The position numbers and the translations under genes were made by a program. Positions 26,344 to 36,254 of a stretch of 64,000 bases of DNA are shown in pieces. This DNA comes from an uncultured Chloroflexia bacterium (GTDB lineage: Bacteria; Chloroflexota; Limnocylindria; QHBO01). Within the stretch, counting starts at the first letter, position 1; the number at the start of each line of letters is the position of its first letter. The notes beneath the pieces were generated by a model. The model made no database searches and was not told the DNA's origin. It worked only from the letters and a program-made list of their open reading frames with translations. The DNA lies in assembly GCA_963753125.1 (NCBI GenBank), contig CAVWAU010000001.1, forward strand, positions 71,065 to 135,064, given 5' to 3'.

Positions 26344-27219
26344 CTAGCGGCGCGCCCCAACCGGCACGCCGGCGGCGGTCGCGGCGGCGGCCATGGCGGG
26401 GCGCCGCTCCTCGAGCCAGCCGAGGACGCTGGCGGCGACTTCCGGCCACGTGTGCTCACCCATCACCAGCCCGAAGTGCGATGCCGACGGGAAGTACTCG
26501 TACCCCGCACCCAGCAGGTCGGCCGTGTGGCGCGCCTCGTTGGGGTGGATGACGTCGTCGAGGCCGGCGCCGATCACCAGGCTCGGCGTGTCGGCAAGGC
26601 CGGAGGTGTCGACCGCGACGCCGAGCATCCGCTCTCGGCGGGCGAGCCCGGACTCGCGCGCACCCTCGAGCAGCTCGCTCATCTTCGCGAGGTCGTGCTC
26701 GTCCATGTCCGGCATCCGCTCGCGGAGCTCCTCCATCGTGCCGGTCCAGCCCCACCAGGCGGCGTCGTAGACGGCGGGGACGGCGCGGAGCTCGTGCTCA
26801 TCCGGACGGCGCGGCAGGGCCGCCGCTGGCGGCGACGGCGCCAGCAGCACCAGCCCTAGGGGCGGCCGACGCTCCGCGTACATCAGCGCCGCAAGCGCGC
26901 CGATGCCCCAGGCAATGATCACCGCCGGCCGGCCGAGCTGGCGCATCGCCACGCCGATGTCGTCCGCGTAATCGCGCATCCTCGTCTCCTCGAGGTCGGC
27001 GACGTCCGACGTGAAGTGGCCGCGCAGGTTCATGGCGTGCGCCTCCCATCCGCGCTCGGCGAGGTAGGCGGAGAACTCGGTCCACAGCCACGACCCAGTG
27101 AGGGCACCGTGCACGAGCAGCAGCGGAGGCTTGCGCGAGCGGCGCTCGGGCTGGTGCGTCTCGACGTGGATGCCCTCGGGCTCGATGAAGACCTCGTCGC
27201 GCTTGATCGCCTGGACCAT
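26344..27219 (-). CDS. alpha/beta-hydrolase-fold protein (nucleophile elbow reads AWGIG)
   Basis: 291-aa ORF. PLLLVHGALTGSWLW..., elbow VIIAWGIGALAAL where GxSxG is expected. Asp and His candidates present (GLDDVIHP, SASHFG). Confidence 0.8.
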   Translation of the reverse strand: MVQAIKRDEVFIEPEGIHVETHQPERRSRKPPLLLVHGALTGSWLWTEFSAYLAERGWEAHAMNLRGHFTSDVADLEETRMRDYADDIGVAMRQLGRPAVIIAWGIGALAALMYAERRPPLGLVLLAPSPPAAALPRRPDEHELRAVPAVYDAAWWGWTGTMEELRERMPDMDEHDLAKMSELLEGARESGLARRERMLGVAVDTSGLADTPSLVIGAGLDDVIHPNEARHTADLLGAGYEYFPSASHFGLVMGEHTWPEVAASVLGWLEERRPAMAAAATAAGVPVGARR

Positions 27220-27229
27220 GGTCGGCTCG

Positions 27230-28573
27230 TCAGTCCTGCAGCGGGTTGAAGACCATGCCGGTCAGCAGCTTGGGATAGAAGTAAGTCGACTTCTGCGGCA
27301 TCACGTCCCCGGCGCCGGCCACCGCGGCCAGCTGCTCGAGGCGCGTGGGCCGCACCAGGATGGCGGCGGTCGCCTCGCCACGTGCCACGCGCTCGCGCGC
27401 ATCGGCCTCGCTCCTAGTGTAGGCCAGGCGGGTGCCGGCGGCGACCTCGTCGGGGCCGATGCCGAGCCGGTCTCCGAGCACGGCCACGTGGAGCGCGGCG
27501 AGATCGAGGGCGCGCACCTCGCGGCTCATCTCCTCGCGTCGCAGCCGGTCCGCCAGGCCGTCGGGATCACCGACCAGCAGGTGGCCGTCGTCGCCGGGCA
27601 GGACGAGCCCAAAGGTCGGTGCATCGTCGTCAGCGCGTTCATCGAGCACGGAGCCGAGCCTCGACGGCGCGATCGGCAGCGCCTGCCACAGCGGGTCGTC
27701 ACCCTCCACCAGGGCCCGGAGCGCCTCGGCGTCGACGTCGAGCAGGAGCCGATGCGTGGGCCGGATCTCGAGCTCGACGAGCTCCGCGTTGACGAGCAGC
27801 ATCATGATCCAGTCGGCTCCGAGCGAGCCCGGTGGCGCATCGGTTTCCGAGCGGACCTCGGCTTGGTAGGCGAGGGCCGTCTCGTATCGATGATGGCCGT
27901 CGGCCACGAACAGGGTGTGCCTGCCGAGGTAGCCGATGAGCCGATCGTCCGCCTGACTGGCGGCGACCTGGTGCAGCAGCCCGTCGCTGTCGCGGGCCCG
28001 CCACTCGTCGGTCCAGGCCCGGCTCATGACGTGGTGGTAGCGCTCGGATCGGTCGAAGTAGAGGCTCAGGATCGGGCTGAGCTGGGCCCGCGTGGCGTGG
28101 AGCAGCGCCAGTCGGTCGGCCTTGGGGCCCGGCATCGTGTGCTCGTGCGGACGGACGCCGTCGCCCCACGGCTCGAGCAGTACGCGCGCGACGATCCCCT
28201 CCACCGTCGGCGTGTCCGGGTCGGCGTCGGTGGCGTGGCGGTAGTAGTAGACGGCCGGTTCGTCCCGCCGCTCCAGCGTGCCGTCGGCCGTCCAGTCGGC
28301 CAGCGTCGTCGCCGCTGCGGCATGCGGGTCGGGCTCGGCGCTCAGCTCGAGCCGAACCGCGTTGTGCGGGTCGCGCGCCAGCAGCTCGTGGCGCATCGGC
28401 TCGTCGATGACGTCGTACGGAGGGCAGGCCAGATCGGTGAGGTCGGCGACGCGCGTCGGCGGCGCGTCGGCGTCGTCGGGCAGGCGAACCCGTTCGGGCA
28501 CGGCCGTGCCGCCGAAGCGGTCACCGGAGTAGTGGAGCCCGCGGAAGGGCGCGACGCGAGGCATCGCGCGCAA
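27230..28573 (-). CDS. DUF1015 domain-containing protein
   Basis: 447-aa ORF. PFRGLHY..., PHEHTMPGPKADRLALLHATRAQLSPI, FVADGHHRYETALAY, YFYPKLLTGMV are family hallmarks. The start may be M4 (28564). Confidence 0.8.
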   Translation of the reverse strand: MRAMPRVAPFRGLHYSGDRFGGTAVPERVRLPDDADAPPTRVADLTDLACPPYDVIDEPMRHELLARDPHNAVRLELSAEPDPHAAAATTLADWTADGTLERRDEPAVYYYRHATDADPDTPTVEGIVARVLLEPWGDGVRPHEHTMPGPKADRLALLHATRAQLSPILSLYFDRSERYHHVMSRAWTDEWRARDSDGLLHQVAASQADDRLIGYLGRHTLFVADGHHRYETALAYQAEVRSETDAPPGSLGADWIMMLLVNAELVELEIRPTHRLLLDVDAEALRALVEGDDPLWQALPIAPSRLGSVLDERADDDAPTFGLVLPGDDGHLLVGDPDGLADRLRREEMSREVRALDLAALHVAVLGDRLGIGPDEVAAGTRLAYTRSEADARERVARGEATAAILVRPTRLEQLAAVAGAGDVMPQKSTYFYPKLLTGMVFNPLQD

Positions 28574-28593
28574 GGATAGTGGCGAAGCCGCCG

Positions 28594-29673
28594 TCAGGAC
28601 GCGAGGACCCTCGCCGCCTGCTCGCGCACCTCCTCGCGCCGATCCCGGGCAGCTCGCTCGAGCAGCCGTCGCCCGTCATCGGTCAGGGGTTCGGCGTTGC
28701 CGAGGGCCGCGATCGCGTTGCGCAGCAGCCGATGGCGCCCAGCCCGGGTCAGCGCCGTCGCCGAGAGGGCGCGCTCGAAGGCGCGCGTGCCCATCGGCAG
28801 CAACCACGTGATCAACGGAAGCAACGGCACAAGCAGCGGCCCGGGGTCATCGGCCTCGGCATTGACCGGGCAGACCTCCTGGCACACGTCGCAGCCGAAG
28901 ATCCAGTCGCCGAGCGCTCCTGCCTCCCACCCGTCGAGCGAGCCGGGGTGCTCGATGGTCAGGTAGCTGATGCAGCGCCGTGCATCGATCGTCCGCGGCG
29001 CGATCAACGCGCCGGTCGGGCAGCCGCCCAGGCAGCGCGTGCAGGCGCCGCACGACGTGCGCACGGGGGTGTCCGACGGCAGCTCGGCCGAGGTGAGGAT
29101 GGCGCCGAGGAAGACCCACGAGCCGGCGCGATCATGGGTCAACAGGTTCGTGTTCTTGCCGATCCAGCCCAACCCGGCTCGCGCCGCCAGCGCCCGCTCG
29201 GCCAGCGGCCGGTCGTCGACGTAGGCGATCTCGCCCGCCGCGATCCCCGACGCCCGCAGGTCCGAGGCTAGGGCCTCGAGCCGCCCCCGCAGCGCGCCGT
29301 GGTAGTCGCTGCCGAGCGCGTAGCGTGCGATGCGCCCGGCCGGTTCCGAGGGTCTCCCGGCCAGGACCGGCGCCAGGGCCTCGTGCAGCGCCGATGGCCG
29401 CGGGTCCCAGCCGGCGCGCTCGGCGCCGACGTACGGAGCGGCCACCGTGATGACCGAGCGCGCCTCGGGGTCATGGCGGCGCGGATCGGTCGCCTGGGCG
29501 GCTCGCGCACCACCCATCCAGCCCATCCGGCCCATGCGCCCGGCGGCCACGCTCGCCTCCATCCGCTCCCGGTCATCGGGGAGCGGCTCGGCGCTGGTGA
29601 CGCCGACCAGGCGCAGGCCGTGGCGCGCCGCCAGCTGGTCGAGCCGTCGGCGTGGCGTCGCGGTGGCGGCCAC
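28594..29673 (-). CDS. queG: epoxyqueuosine reductase
   Basis: GTG at 29673 inside track ORF 28594..29904. RIARYALGSDYH, GLGWIGKNTNLL, two 4Fe-4S motifs CGACTRCLGGCPTGA and CDVCQEVCPVN, HEAT-like C-terminus. The start lies 1 nt after the upstream kinase stop. Confidence 0.85.
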   Translation of the reverse strand: MAATATPRRRLDQLAARHGLRLVGVTSAEPLPDDRERMEASVAAGRMGRMGWMGGARAAQATDPRRHDPEARSVITVAAPYVGAERAGWDPRPSALHEALAPVLAGRPSEPAGRIARYALGSDYHGALRGRLEALASDLRASGIAAGEIAYVDDRPLAERALAARAGLGWIGKNTNLLTHDRAGSWVFLGAILTSAELPSDTPVRTSCGACTRCLGGCPTGALIAPRTIDARRCISYLTIEHPGSLDGWEAGALGDWIFGCDVCQEVCPVNAEADDPGPLLVPLLPLITWLLPMGTRAFERALSATALTRAGRHRLLRNAIAALGNAEPLTDDGRRLLERAARDRREEVREQAARVLAS

Positions 29674-29674
29674 G

Positions 29675-31576
29675 TCACTCCTCCCGGCGGCGGAGCACGA
29701 ACGCGGGCGCCTCGCCGGTCGGCGCGATCTCGGAGCTCGCCAGCGGCATCGCGACGCGCGGGATGCGAAAGCCGAAGACCGATCCCGACCCCGCCTCCGT
29801 ATTGGCCGCGGCCCAGATCCGCCCGCTGTGGGCGTCGATGATGGCGCGGCTGATGTAGAGGCCCAGGCCGAGGCCACCGAAGCGCCGCCGGCCGGCGTCG
29901 CCATCGGCCTGGTAGAAGCGCTCGAACACGTTCTCGCGATGCTCGGCCGGGATGCCGATGCCGGTGTCGGAGACGCGGACGTCGATCTCGCCCCCGTGGC
30001 GCTCGGCGATGACCCCGATCGGCCCGCCGTCGGGCGAGTACTTGACCGCGTTCTCGAGCAGGTTGCTGAGCACCTGGCCCAGACGGTCGCGGTCGGCGTG
30101 CAGCGGCAGGCTCTCGGGCGCGCTGATCGCGATGTTTCGCTCCGGGTGCTCGCGGCGCGCGCGGCCGACTGCCTCGCGCAGCTCGTCGGCCAGGTCGAAG
30201 TCGATCGGCTCGATGCTCACACCGCCGCGTCGGTCGATGCGGCTCACGTCGAGCAGGTCGTCCACCAGACGGCGCATGCGGCCTACCTGAGAGCGGATGA
30301 CACGCAGGTGCGCCATCTCCTTGCTCTCGCCCTCGTGCTCGACGCGCAGCCGGCCCTCCAGAAGCTGCGAGTAGCCCTGGATGCTGGTGAGCGGCGTGCG
30401 CAGCTCGTGGCTGACGATCGAGAGGAAGTCGTCCTTGATGCGCTGCGCCGCCTGCTCGCGCGCCATCCGCTCCTGGAGGTCCGACCACAGCTGCGCGTTC
30501 TGGAGCGCCGGGCCGGCGCGCTCTGCGACCGCCTCGGCCATGCGGCGGATGCGCTCCTCCAGCGGGCGATCGCTCCGCCCGGCCGTCGCCAGGACGCCCT
30601 GCAGGCGCCCGCCGGCCAGGATCGGCACCGCCACCAGCCAGTCGACGCCCAGCGCGCGCATCCCGTCCGGGTCGCCGGTCTGGATCTCGGCGGCTGTCGC
30701 CTGGCGCGTCGCAGCGGTCGCGCCGACCGTGCCGACCAGCCCCTCGCCGAGCCGCGGGTGGCGCGCGGCCGCGAATGCCTGCCACGACTCGACGAGCTCG
30801 CCGTCGGGACCGGCCGCGGCGGCGGGGTCGAGACAGCGCTCGATGTCGTCGACGGTGAAGACCAGCGTCGCGCCGCCGAGCACCGGTGCCGATCCGACCG
30901 CGATCGCCTCGAGCGTCGCGTCGCGCTCGAGCGAGGCACCGAAGTCGCGCCCGAGCCGGCTGAGCAGCTCCCGCTCACGGGTCTCCTCGCGCTGCCGCTC
31001 CTCCTCCACCAGCTGGGCCTGGAGCCTGGCGTTCTCCTCCGCGCGGCCGATGACGATCCGGCTGAAGAGGCCGGCGACCACCCCGAAGCCGATGAGGTAG
31101 GCGATCCGAACCGGCAGCGCCTCGAGCCCCGCCTCGTCGAGCCGATCGCCTGGCAGAACGACCGCCAGGTACATGCCGGTCATGACGAACGCCGACCAGA
31201 CTGCGGCTCCGAGGCCGAAGCGGAGGGCGGCGCCGAGGATGACGAGCCCGTAGAGGAGGTAGAGGTCCTCCGCGCCGACGGCGACGTAGACCGCGATGGT
31301 GACCGCGGCCATCTCGACCACCGTGCTCAGGATCCCGACCTCGCGTGCCGGGAAGCGGCGCAGCAGCCAGAAGACCAGGAAGCTCCAGGCGGCGACCACG
31401 CCGAGCAGCGCCAGGAGGATCTCGATGCCCGGCAGGGTCGGCACGAAGATGACGAGGAAGGCGGCGGCGAGCGCCACCATCCCCAGCCGCACCCAGGCCA
31501 GCTGGCGCTCCTGGGCGCGCATCCGACGCTCGAGCTGCCGCTCGAGCTCGTGCGAACTATCGGACACCGCAACCAT
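29675..31576 (-). CDS. membrane-bound GAF sensor histidine kinase
   Basis: 633-aa ORF. About 5 N-terminal TM helices, a GAF-like middle region, H-box SHELRTPLTSIQGYSQLL, and an HATPase_c region (NLLENAVKYS, DTGIGI, GGLGLGLYI). Confidence 0.9.
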   Translation of the reverse strand: MVAVSDSSHELERQLERRMRAQERQLAWVRLGMVALAAAFLVIFVPTLPGIEILLALLGVVAAWSFLVFWLLRRFPAREVGILSTVVEMAAVTIAVYVAVGAEDLYLLYGLVILGAALRFGLGAAVWSAFVMTGMYLAVVLPGDRLDEAGLEALPVRIAYLIGFGVVAGLFSRIVIGRAEENARLQAQLVEEERQREETRERELLSRLGRDFGASLERDATLEAIAVGSAPVLGGATLVFTVDDIERCLDPAAAAGPDGELVESWQAFAAARHPRLGEGLVGTVGATAATRQATAAEIQTGDPDGMRALGVDWLVAVPILAGGRLQGVLATAGRSDRPLEERIRRMAEAVAERAGPALQNAQLWSDLQERMAREQAAQRIKDDFLSIVSHELRTPLTSIQGYSQLLEGRLRVEHEGESKEMAHLRVIRSQVGRMRRLVDDLLDVSRIDRRGGVSIEPIDFDLADELREAVGRARREHPERNIAISAPESLPLHADRDRLGQVLSNLLENAVKYSPDGGPIGVIAERHGGEIDVRVSDTGIGIPAEHRENVFERFYQADGDAGRRRFGGLGLGLYISRAIIDAHSGRIWAAANTEAGSGSVFGFRIPRVAMPLASSEIAPTGEAPAFVLRRREE

Positions 31577-31720
31577 GACCAGCCTCGCACTCTAGCATCG
31601 GGTGCCCGCCTTCCCTACACTCGCCGCGCACCCGAGCGCAGCAGTGCAACTCGGCGCTCGTCGGGCGCGTCTACCGGGGGACCCGGGCCCGGGCCAATCC
31701 AACGCCAACCCGAGAGGACG

Positions 31721-34132
31721 ATGACGAGCCGGACCCTCCTGAGCCGTGGCATTCGCGTCGCCGTGCTCGCCGCGGCATTGACGCTGCTCGTCGCTCCCCT
31801 GCCGGCCCGAGCCGCCAGCGCGGTCGAAATCGAGGCGCGCGCGCTGGTCGGCGGACGCTACGAGGTCGGTGGCTGGCTCGCGCTGTCGGTGTCGCTGGCC
31901 AACGAGGGCGAGCCCACCAGCGGATACCTCACCGCCGAGACGTCGCTCGGTTCGGTGCGCCGCTTCGTCGAGATGCCCGCCGGCGCGCGCAAGGTCGTGA
32001 TGCTCTATGTCCAGCCCGAGGCATTCCAGCGCCGGGCGACGGTTGCCTACGACGAGCCGAACGGGCGCGTCGAGGCCTCCGTGGAGGTGCGCGTCCTCGA
32101 ACAGTCCAACGACCAGGTCGTGGTCGTCGGCGATGGCACCGGCGCATTGCGCCCGCAGCTCATCGGCAGCGGCGAGTTCACCGGCCCGGAGCCGATTGCG
32201 CTCGCCCCGAGCGACATCCCCGAACGTCCCGAACCGCTGGGCGGCCTCTCGGCGATCGTGTGGGCCGGGGACAGCAGCGATCTGAACGAGGGCCAACGAC
32301 GGGCGATCGAGCGCTGGATCGGCGACGGGGGGCAGCTCGTCGTTCTCGGCGGGGGCGACTGGCAGGCGCGCACCGACGCATTCACCGACCTGCTGCCGCT
32401 CGAGAACCTGGCGGGCATCGACGACGTGCCGCAGGCGGCCTTCGCCGCCTGGGCGGGCGAGGATGAAGCTCCCGTGGAGAGCGCGACCGTCTCGACCGGC
32501 GACCTGCGCGAAGGCGCGGCGGCATTGGTCAGCGCCGAGGGTGGCGAGGCCCTGGTCTCGATGCGACCGGTGGGCGCCGGGCGGGTCATCCTCATCGGCA
32601 GCGACCTCGCCACCGACGATTTCCGTGGCTGGTCCGGCTCGCCGCGCATGTGGTCACGCATGCTCCCGACCAACGCGGCGCTCGAGCAGTTCTTCGGCGG
32701 CCAGTTCCCGATCCGCCAGGAGATGGAGAACTCGATGAGCGGCGCCCTCAGCACGCTGCCCGCCCTCGACGTGCCGCCTGCGGAGCTGCTGCTCGTGGTC
32801 ATCGTCGCCTACATCCTGCTCATCGGCCCGGTGAGCTACTTCGTCCTTCGCCGGATCGACCGCCGCGAGCTGGCCTGGGTCACCGCCCCGCTCCTTGTCG
32901 TCGTGTTCAGCGCCTGCTCCTACGGCATCGGCCGCACGCTGAAGGGCGGCGACGTGGTGGTGAACGAGATCTCCGTCGTCCGGACGACGGCGGAGGGCGG
33001 CTCGGCCACGGTCGACACCTTCGCCGGGATCGTGTCGCCCGATCGGACCACCTACGACCTCACCGTCGAGGCCGATGCGCTCATCGGCCAGCTCTCCCGC
33101 ACCGACGGAGTGGTGGCTCGCGTATCGAGCGACGTGCAGATCGACCAGGGCGAGCCGGCGCATCTGCGCGGGCTGACGATCCCCGTATTCGGCTTCGAGG
33201 CCGTCCGGGCCACGGGCATCGTCGAGCACGACGCCGCCCTCTCGGTCGAGTGGAGCACGCGCGACGGCCAGGTCACCGGGACGGTCACCAACACCTCCGA
33301 CGCTGCGATCAGCGACGTCGCCTACATCAGTACCAACGGCGGCGAACGGATCGGCGACCTGGCGCCCGGAGCCAGTGCCGAGTTCACCCTGCCCGGCGTG
33401 AACTTCAACGGCTCGTCGGCCGCCGACCAGGTCTACGGCTTCGGCGGCTTCGACACCGCCGACGAGGAGCAGCGCCTCGTCACCCTGCGCCGCCAGGTGA
33501 TCGACTCCCTCGTCGGGTACGCCTCGTTCGGGCCGGTGAACGTCGACGTCGGCCGCCGCGGTCCGTACGTCATCGGCTGGCGCGACGATCCCGGGCCGAT
33601 GCCGGTCACCATCGACAACCTCCAGGCCCAGGTCTACACCTCGTCCGTCGAGGTGCTCAGCGTCAGGCCGGCGCTCGCCAGCGGAGAGGTCACCATCCTC
33701 CCGCACCAGATGGGCGTGGACGTGATCGCAACCGAGGGCCAGGCCGATCCCGGCGGCGCGGGGATGATGATGCTGGGCGAGGGCTCGGCGACGTGGAGCA
33801 TCGCCCTGCCGCTCGAGGCGGCCGGCATCGTGCCGAGTGACGTCGAGATCATCATCGGTCCAGATCCGAGCTTCGTCCTCAGCGATCCCGGCGGCTTCGG
33901 CGGCTTCTGGCCCGAGGGCTTCATCGTGGAGGTGCGCGACCCGACGACCGACGAGTGGACCGAGCTGGGCGACCTGAGCCGGCAGAGCCGCTTCGAGATC
34001 GACGACCCCTCGACCGTGCTGAGCTCCACCGGCCACATCGTCGTCCGCGTGACAGGCGCGCCGATCAACCCGGAGCTCGGCCAGGGCGGCGTATTCCCGA
34101 GCGCCCAGGTGAGCGGGGTGCTGGAGCGATGA
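31721..34132 (+). CDS. large envelope protein (signal peptide, two central TM helices), first gene of the ABC-2/MoxR/VWA cluster; possibly GldG/DUF4350-like accessory
   Basis: ATG 31721 (GAGAGGA upstream) inside the spurious 1600-aa track ORF 29330..34132. MTSRTLLSRGIRVAVLAAALTLLVAPLPARA signal, QLVVLGGGDW region, TM pair LLLVVIVAYILLIGPVSYFVL / LAWVTAPLLVVVFSACSYGIG, beta-rich C-terminal half. Confidence 0.75.
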   Translation: MTSRTLLSRGIRVAVLAAALTLLVAPLPARAASAVEIEARALVGGRYEVGGWLALSVSLANEGEPTSGYLTAETSLGSVRRFVEMPAGARKVVMLYVQPEAFQRRATVAYDEPNGRVEASVEVRVLEQSNDQVVVVGDGTGALRPQLIGSGEFTGPEPIALAPSDIPERPEPLGGLSAIVWAGDSSDLNEGQRRAIERWIGDGGQLVVLGGGDWQARTDAFTDLLPLENLAGIDDVPQAAFAAWAGEDEAPVESATVSTGDLREGAAALVSAEGGEALVSMRPVGAGRVILIGSDLATDDFRGWSGSPRMWSRMLPTNAALEQFFGGQFPIRQEMENSMSGALSTLPALDVPPAELLLVVIVAYILLIGPVSYFVLRRIDRRELAWVTAPLLVVVFSACSYGIGRTLKGGDVVVNEISVVRTTAEGGSATVDTFAGIVSPDRTTYDLTVEADALIGQLSRTDGVVARVSSDVQIDQGEPAHLRGLTIPVFGFEAVRATGIVEHDAALSVEWSTRDGQVTGTVTNTSDAAISDVAYISTNGGERIGDLAPGASAEFTLPGVNFNGSSAADQVYGFGGFDTADEEQRLVTLRRQVIDSLVGYASFGPVNVDVGRRGPYVIGWRDDPGPMPVTIDNLQAQVYTSSVEVLSVRPALASGEVTILPHQMGVDVIATEGQADPGGAGMMMLGEGSATWSIALPLEAAGIVPSDVEIIIGPDPSFVLSDPGGFGGFWPEGFIVEVRDPTTDEWTELGDLSRQSRFEIDDPSTVLSSTGHIVVRVTGAPINPELGQGGVFPSAQVSGVLER

Positions 34133-35106
34133 TCAGCGTCCCGGTGGTCGAGACCCGCGGCCTCGTGAAGCGCTACGACGACAACCTCGCCGTGGCCGGC
34201 ATCGACCTCGTCATCGGCAGCGGCGAGATCTTCGGCCTGGTCGGCCCCAACGGAGCGGGCAAGACGACGACGATGAAGATCCTGGCCACCCTGCTGGCAC
34301 CGTCCTCGGGTGAGGCGTTCGTGACCGGCATCCCGGTCGCCGCCGACCCGATCGAGGTCCGTCGCCGCATCGGCTACATGCCCGACTTCTACGGTGTCTA
34401 CGACGACCTCCGCGTCTGGGAATACCTCGACTTCTTCGCCCGCTGCTATGGCATCGCGGCGTCGCGACGGCCGACCATGGTCGGCGAGCTGCTCGAGATC
34501 GTCGGCCTTGCCGACAAGCGCGACGCGTACGTCGAGACCCTGTCGCGCGGCATGCGCCAGCGGCTGTGCCTGGCGCACACGCTCGTCCACGACCCCACGC
34601 TGCTGATCCTCGACGAGCCGGCCTCCGGGCTCGACCCGCGGGCGCGGGTGGAGATGCGCGAGATCCTCCGCGAGCTCCGGACAATGGGCAAGACGATCCT
34701 GGTCAGCAGCCACATCCTTCCCGAGCTCGGCGAGATGTGCACCGGTGTGGCGATCATCGACCACGGACGCGTCCTGCGCTCGGGGAGCATCACCGAGATC
34801 GAGCGCTCACTGCGCGCCACCGCGCTGCTCCGGATCGACGTCCTGGGCGACCCAGATGCGATCCGCGCCGCGGCCGACTGGCTAGGAACCGATCCGCGCG
34901 TCGGCGACGTCCTTCCTGCGCAGAGCACGGCGGGCTCATCGCGCCTCGAGGTGTCGTTCGACGGCACCGGCGACGACCAGGCCGTCCTGCTGCGATCGAT
35001 GATCGAGGCCGGGCACCGGGTGGTCGGCTTCGGACAGGCCACCAGCGACCTCGAGGAGATCTTCCTCAAGGTCACCGGGCAGACCGAAGGAGACGCGGCG
35101 GCATGA
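34129..35106 (+). CDS. ABC transporter ATP-binding protein
   Basis: ATG 34129 overlaps the preceding stop (ATGA). Walker A GPNGAGKTT, signature LSRGMRQR, Walker B LLILDEP. Confidence 0.9.
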   Translation: MISVPVVETRGLVKRYDDNLAVAGIDLVIGSGEIFGLVGPNGAGKTTTMKILATLLAPSSGEAFVTGIPVAADPIEVRRRIGYMPDFYGVYDDLRVWEYLDFFARCYGIAASRRPTMVGELLEIVGLADKRDAYVETLSRGMRQRLCLAHTLVHDPTLLILDEPASGLDPRARVEMREILRELRTMGKTILVSSHILPELGEMCTGVAIIDHGRVLRSGSITEIERSLRATALLRIDVLGDPDAIRAAADWLGTDPRVGDVLPAQSTAGSSRLEVSFDGTGDDQAVLLRSMIEAGHRVVGFGQATSDLEEIFLKVTGQTEGDAAA

Positions 35107-36254
35107 CGGCGACGGCAGAGACCATGCATCCCGCGCGTCGCTCGGCGCCCCGCGAGTTCTTCTCGGGCGTGGGCACGATCATGGTCAAGGAGCTCCGCTC
35201 GCGCATGCGCGGACGCCGCGCCTTCGTGGTGCTGACCCTCTACCTGGCCCTGCTGGCGCTCATCACCTACGGGTCCTATCTCATCGTGGCGCCGACGGTC
35301 CGCAACGGGTTCGGCGGCTTCATGAACCAGGCCAACACCTCGGCGATCGTGGGACAGACCATCTTCACCCTGCTCTCGATCTTCCAGCTCATCCTCATCT
35401 GCTTCATCGCCCCCGGCTTCACCGCAGGCCAGATCAGCCTCGAGCGTGAGAAGCAGACCCTCGACCTCCTGGTGAGCACACCGATGCGTCCGGGTGCCAT
35501 CGTCGTCGGCAAGCTCCTCGCAGCCCTCGCCTTCGTGGTGCTGATGATCGTGGCGGCTGTGCCGATCACGGCGATCGTGCTCATGTACGGCGGGGCCTCG
35601 GTCGACGATATCGTGCGCCAGCAGCTCGTGCTGCTGGCCACGGCGGTGGCGCTGGGCGCCATCGGGCTCTTCTTCTCCGCCCTGCTCAAGCGCACCCAGG
35701 CCGCGACGGTCCTGAGCTACATCACGATGCTGGCGCTGACGCTCGGGACGATCATGCTGTTCGGCTTCTGGACGCTGCTCATCAACCAGGACAACGACTT
35801 CGGGGTCGGTCCACCGCGGCGGGCACCCGAGCAGCTCCTGTACGTCAACCCGGGCATCGCCATGCTCGACGTGGTCGGCAACACCGAGCCGGGCGGGTTC
35901 GGCGGCATCAATGCGGGCCTTGCCCAGCTGCGCGGTGACGCGCCGAACCTCGGCGGCGGGATCGACTGCATCGGCGACGCATGCGCGCCGGTGGACCAGT
36001 TCGGCAACCCGATCAACCAGCCCTTCGACGCCGGAACGGGCTACTGGTGGCCGCGGATCGCGGTCACCTTCGTCGCCCTGGCCGCTCTGCTGACCTTCCT
36101 CTCTACGCGGCTCGTCGTGCCCGCCGGAATGCGCTGGGCGTTCCGACGCCGGCGGACGGGTGCGCCTCCTGGCGCGATCAGCGTCGGACCGGCCACCGAT
36201 CCCGGACAGCCGTCGCTCGAGGAGCTGGGAGAGCTTGGGGAGGGCGAACGATGA
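35103..36254 (+). CDS. ABC-2-type permease
   Basis: ATG 35103 (ATGA overlap). Six hydrophobic helices, GQISLEREKQTLDLLVSTP motif typical of ABC-2/CcmB-like permeases, and a long external loop containing GGGIDCIGDACAPVDQF. Confidence 0.8.
   Translation: MTATAETMHPARRSAPREFFSGVGTIMVKELRSRMRGRRAFVVLTLYLALLALITYGSYLIVAPTVRNGFGGFMNQANTSAIVGQTIFTLLSIFQLILICFIAPGFTAGQISLEREKQTLDLLVSTPMRPGAIVVGKLLAALAFVVLMIVAAVPITAIVLMYGGASVDDIVRQQLVLLATAVALGAIGLFFSALLKRTQAATVLSYITMLALTLGTIMLFGFWTLLINQDNDFGVGPPRRAPEQLLYVNPGIAMLDVVGNTEPGGFGGINAGLAQLRGDAPNLGGGIDCIGDACAPVDQFGNPINQPFDAGTGYWWPRIAVTFVALAALLTFLSTRLVVPAGMRWAFRRRRTGAPPGAISVGPATDPGQPSLEELGELGEGER

Noticed and set aside
28594-29904. 436-aa version of the queG ORF overlapping the kinase gene by 230 nt
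   Set aside because: The N-terminal extension is low-complexity. GTG 29673, 1 nt after the kinase stop, gives a standard-length QueG.
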